From assembly GCA_963735035.1 (NCBI GenBank), contig CAVTJJ010000003.1, forward strand, positions 128,001-192,000: a DNA stretch of 64,000 nucleotides. Reading direction: 5' to 3'. A program made the translations under genes and the position numbers. Under the pieces are notes generated by a model. It ran no database searches. It was not told the DNA's origin and saw only the letters and a list, made by a program, of their open reading frames with translations. Positions 60,236-64,000 of the stretch are shown here, piece by piece (position 1 is the stretch's first letter; every line of letters begins with the position of its first letter). Source of the stretch: an uncultured candidate division Zixibacteria bacterium (GTDB lineage Bacteria > Zixibacteria > MSB-5A5 > GN15 > FEB-12).

Positions 60236-63200
60236 GTGAAAGTAGCAAGTTTCCGAACGACCGTACTGGTCGTAGTGCTGTCAGGGCTGCCGACCGGCTT
60301 GACTTGGGCGGCCACAAATACTCGCGCCGACATTGCTGACGGTAAGCAGCTTGACAAGATCAACAGTTTCAATATCGGCCCGTATCAAACCGAACATCGT
60401 TCGGCTTATTCGAATCTGGAGTTCCCCACAGTCACACAGGCTGGATCCCGGCGTTCCTCGGTCGGTTCGGCACAGTCGCCGAATGCGGGCATAGGCGTCG
60501 GAGTCAGCGTCGACCTAACCTGGGATGACGCCCAGTGGAACTGGGGCGCAGGCCGCCGGATTGATCACTGGTGGAATGGTGCGATGGACGAAACAATGGA
60601 AGCGAGCGTACACTTTGCCTACACGGATATGCCAGACTCCGTCACAGGCTATCCGTATTCCACTACTGGTTACAACGTATACGACGCCGTCGTGACATCG
60701 GGTAACTGGCCGCGTGGACAGGACATTGGATGCGATCTGCAGGCGGCTGACACTATGGGCGCCGCCAGCAGTGTGAGCTTAGCCATTACTGCCAACGGCC
60801 GCGCAGTCATAAGTTCGCTGGCCCAGCATTTCCGCAGTTATCCCAGTGGCACGCGCCTGTATGACAACTTCATCTACTATCAGGGTGCGGAGTTCAACTG
60901 CACCTATGACCCGCGCTCCAACCTGAATGTCACCTGGGTTGATTCCACGGTCTACCGGCCACTCATGATGCAGAACACTTACGGTACTTACTCCCGCGAC
61001 CCTCAGGTGGCGACACAATGGGACGGCACCAATACGATCGTTCACCTCTTGCTCGGCGAGAGATCAGCCTCTTCTACCGACTTGTCCGGTGACGATTACG
61101 TCACGGGTCTGGGGTACTACACCTGGACTTACTTCCGCAAGGTGGGAAGTACTTCTGCCGGCACATGGAGTTCCGGTAAGATTATCGATTCGATCTGGTT
61201 TCCGTGGACAGAAATTGCGGCCGCACCGTACCCAAATTCGGGTGTGGCAGTCGTTTACACCAACCCGTCGTACTATGGGGCACTGCTGGATAACGGCTAT
61301 GATTTGGATGTCTGGTGTCGTGAATCATACGACCGAGGTGTGACTTGGTACGCCGCTTACAGTGTAACTGACTACCAGAACGCCATTGCAGGCCACCCAA
61401 ATCATTTTACGGCCTGGCTGGAAGCGGGCTGCATGTTCGACAGCGAAGGCGATTTGCACGTCTACTGGACCGCCAAGCCGACTTCGGCCGACCCATATTT
61501 CGACGGCTACGACTGGCAGGGATTTGACCAGAATCTGTACCATTGGGAGAAGACTAACGATGGTGGGACACCAGGCCTGGGTGACGCTATCAAAGTAGCC
61601 AACGGCACTTTCATGGATTACGACATGCTGACCGGCTCGATGAATACCTACGTGTGCGGCTTTGGCGGTGACAACGTTGGATACCTGGGCTGGATCACTA
61701 TGGGTGAATGCGACAACAAGTTGTATTTGGTTTGGTCGCAAATCCATGAGCGCGCCAACCGGTTCCCCTGGCGGGACGCCTCGACTCAACCTGCGCCGGG
61801 GGTACTGGACGATTGCTCTTACTCCGGCAATCGGATGGCGATGGCCAACTGGGAACTGATGATGTCCGTGGCAAGTATGTCGTCTTCCACGCTCTGGGAC
61901 AACGCGCGTAATATAACGAATACTTATACGCCGAACTGTGGTCTGGCGGGTGACCCCGAAGCAGAGCGGCTTTGTGGCTCGGAATGGAAACCGTCGCTGG
62001 AGCGCCAGGCTCTCGACGAAACCGGCCTTTCCCTTACCTGGCCGGCCGCGTCCGTTGTCGACCTGACACCGGAGGGTCAACCGGCTTACGCCGGCGGCCG
62101 CTATCTGAATATGGAATACATGGACGACCAGTTCCCCGGCCCGGCTTTCTGGGGCAGCCAGACCAATCCGCCCGGCACTGAGAACTCGATGAAATGGATA
62201 CGTCTGGCCTGCGTCGAACCGATCGAGGCCTCTCAGATCGCCGTGTACCCTGAGTCTATCGAATGGCCCGAGTGGGTGGAATTGGGGACGTCCAAGAATT
62301 TCACAATCACGGTTGTGAATAACGGCAACGTCACATTGAATGTAGTTGAGATCGGCACTGCGGGCGGTTCCTGGCTCGATGTGTCGCAGCATCCGACCCT
62401 AGGAAGCCCATTTACGGTTACCTCCGGCGTTGTCCGGACGCGGACGTTTGATCTGATAGTCAATGCTGCCGCTCTGTCACAGAATCAGTGGCTGGACGGC
62501 CAGATCTGGTTGAAATCCGATGCTGCTAATATCGATTCGATGCCGCTTCTTGTCCACGTCCTGGCCGCGGCTAATGTTGAGAATATCCGATGGGACACGG
62601 TCACCACTCACCAGAATATGTTTGACCCGTTCTTTGAGCCCGTGGGCGCTTGTGTCGCCCTGGCCGTCGGTAATAACGGCGAGTTTGGCTGGGGCGCCGG
62701 CTCCAGCGGCCGAGTCAACCTGGATTACAGCGAATCGGGGCTAGAATGCGGCACGAGAGAACGAGACGCTTTCTACCTGGCAAGCGCCACGCCGTTTACG
62801 ATTATGGCGACGAACTCATCCGGCACCGGATCGGAACTGACACAGGTCACTAACGATCCCAACCAGGCCGATGAAACCGGTTTCGATCCCACCCCGTATA
62901 TGACCATAACCGGGGGCCAGACTGCAAGCGGAAAGTATGACTCCGTTTACACCGGCAAGTTCGTCAATCGTGACACGACTATCGCCATGGAGCGAATCGT
63001 GTATGGCCCACGCTCGGCAACACCGCAATCCTCCACGCTAAACTTTGTGGTTGCCCTGACGAAAGTATATTCGGCCGACGGCGCTGCTCACAATCACGTT
63101 ACGGTCGGCAATGTGTGCGATTGGGATGTACCGTCGGACAGTGCACCATACAATACAACCGGAATATCATCCGCCGGATTCCTTTATGTCCAGGGCACTG

Positions 63201-64000
63201 ATACGGTTGGCCACACCGCCTGCCAGCAGAACGTGACCCGCTATGCGACCGAGGCGTTTGGCGGCGGATACACTAAGGCTCAGTACAACGCTGATCAGTG
63301 TACAAATGATCCGAATGCATATTTCGGTGTCAATGCGGCGAGTCAGTTGATCATGGTGGACACGACGCATTATCGTAACGGCACGCCTCTCGTTCCGGCC
63401 CAGCCAAACCCCACGCTTTGGTGGGACATAACAAGTGTTCCAGGGTTGAACGCCGATGCGATGTCTCAGGATCAGGCACTATGGTTGACGTACAAGCAGG
63501 ATTACAATCTAATAGCGTCCGATACCCTCTACTACTGGACGGTACTGTCGACCGTCCGCAACGGCTCCCTAGCTGATCTCGAAAGTCAGGTGGCCTATGC
63601 CAAGACCTGGTACAGGGAAACTGTTCGTGGCTGTGAAATTGGCTGCTGCAATGAAAGGGTAGGCAACTCCAACGGTGATGGCGGCGAAATGCCGACGATC
63701 GGTGACATCAGTGTAATGATCGATGCCAAGTTCATTACCAGTGCCTGCATTGAATCTGGCCTCGGCGCTAATATAAAATGTCTAGGTGAAGCGGATATGA
63801 ACCTTTCGGGAGGCTCTAACCCAGCCTGTTGCGACATTACACTCGTAGACATCTCGATGTTGGTCGACGACTTGTTCCTCACGCGAGAGCCACCTTATGT
63901 AAGGAACTTATGCGCAAGTGACCAAATCAAACGTACCGAAGAAAGCCTTGCCAGGCCCTATTTGGGGGTCATTTCAATCGACGACGTCAGCAATCAGATC
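60236..64000 (+). CDS. Large secreted protein (>1250 aa) with dockerin-like module near window end; 3' partial, absent from ORF track
   Basis: Frame 2 from GTG 60236 (or ATG 60221), signal peptide; spot-checked open, no stop before edge; CCNERVGNSNGDGGEMPTIGD at 63644. Confidence 0.85.
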   Translation, partial: MKVASFRTTVLVVVLSGLPTGLTWAATNTRADIADGKQLDKINSFNIGPYQTEHRSAYSNLEFPTVTQAGSRRSSVGSAQSPNAGIGVGVSVDLTWDDAQWNWGAGRRIDHWWNGAMDETMEASVHFAYTDMPDSVTGYPYSTTGYNVYDAVVTSGNWPRGQDIGCDLQAADTMGAASSVSLAITANGRAVISSLAQHFRSYPSGTRLYDNFIYYQGAEFNCTYDPRSNLNVTWVDSTVYRPLMMQNTYGTYSRDPQVATQWDGTNTIVHLLLGERSASSTDLSGDDYVTGLGYYTWTYFRKVGSTSAGTWSSGKIIDSIWFPWTEIAAAPYPNSGVAVVYTNPSYYGALLDNGYDLDVWCRESYDRGVTWYAAYSVTDYQNAIAGHPNHFTAWLEAGCMFDSEGDLHVYWTAKPTSADPYFDGYDWQGFDQNLYHWEKTNDGGTPGLGDAIKVANGTFMDYDMLTGSMNTYVCGFGGDNVGYLGWITMGECDNKLYLVWSQIHERANRFPWRDASTQPAPGVLDDCSYSGNRMAMANWELMMSVASMSSSTLWDNARNITNTYTPNCGLAGDPEAERLCGSEWKPSLERQALDETGLSLTWPAASVVDLTPEGQPAYAGGRYLNMEYMDDQFPGPAFWGSQTNPPGTENSMKWIRLACVEPIEASQIAVYPESIEWPEWVELGTSKNFTITVVNNGNVTLNVVEIGTAGGSWLDVSQHPTLGSPFTVTSGVVRTRTFDLIVNAAALSQNQWLDGQIWLKSDAANIDSMPLLVHVLAAANVENIRWDTVTTHQNMFDPFFEPVGACVALAVGNNGEFGWGAGSSGRVNLDYSESGLECGTRERDAFYLASATPFTIMATNSSGTGSELTQVTNDPNQADETGFDPTPYMTITGGQTASGKYDSVYTGKFVNRDTTIAMERIVYGPRSATPQSSTLNFVVALTKVYSADGAAHNHVTVGNVCDWDVPSDSAPYNTTGISSAGFLYVQGTDTVGHTACQQNVTRYATEAFGGGYTKAQYNADQCTNDPNAYFGVNAASQLIMVDTTHYRNGTPLVPAQPNPTLWWDITSVPGLNADAMSQDQALWLTYKQDYNLIASDTLYYWTVLSTVRNGSLADLESQVAYAKTWYRETVRGCEIGCCNERVGNSNGDGGEMPTIGDISVMIDAKFITSACIESGLGANIKCLGEADMNLSGGSNPACCDITLVDISMLVDDLFLTREPPYVRNLCASDQIKRTEESLARPYLGVISIDDVSNQI

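Overview
Bacterial chromosomal window of moderately high GC. Cys-bracketed dockerin-like modules and the gene set suggest candidate phylum Zixibacteria (inference, not a database result). Mostly housekeeping and metabolism: a sigma-54/PilR-type locus with two type IV pilins; an ~12 kb B12/biotin acyl-CoA cluster (MeaB, an isobutyryl-CoA-mutase-type and a methylmalonyl-CoA-mutase-type large subunit with one B12-binding small subunit, acyl-CoA dehydrogenase, 3-subunit carboxylase, epimerase); recJ, rnpB, guaB, three tRNAs, a divergent 4-hydroxybutyryl-CoA dehydratase-like gene, comM, a large (Alu-containing) SRP RNA, four outer-membrane beta-barrels, dnaX-ybaB-recR, and a >1250 aa secreted protein running off the right edge that the ORF track misses. 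Intergenic spaces hold several families of REP-like palindromes, an apparently intact RAYT transposase with a 40-bp REP tandem array, and an IS481 inserted symmetrically into a REP hairpin with a 10-bp duplication. Best leads: the REP/RAYT/IS481 interplay, a candidate ECF-sigma-driven structured sRNA at ~41.17-41.35 kb, the dual mutases, the AbfD variant, the dockerin-like pair and a dnaX -1 slippery site. All calls are by eye from motifs; no searches were run.
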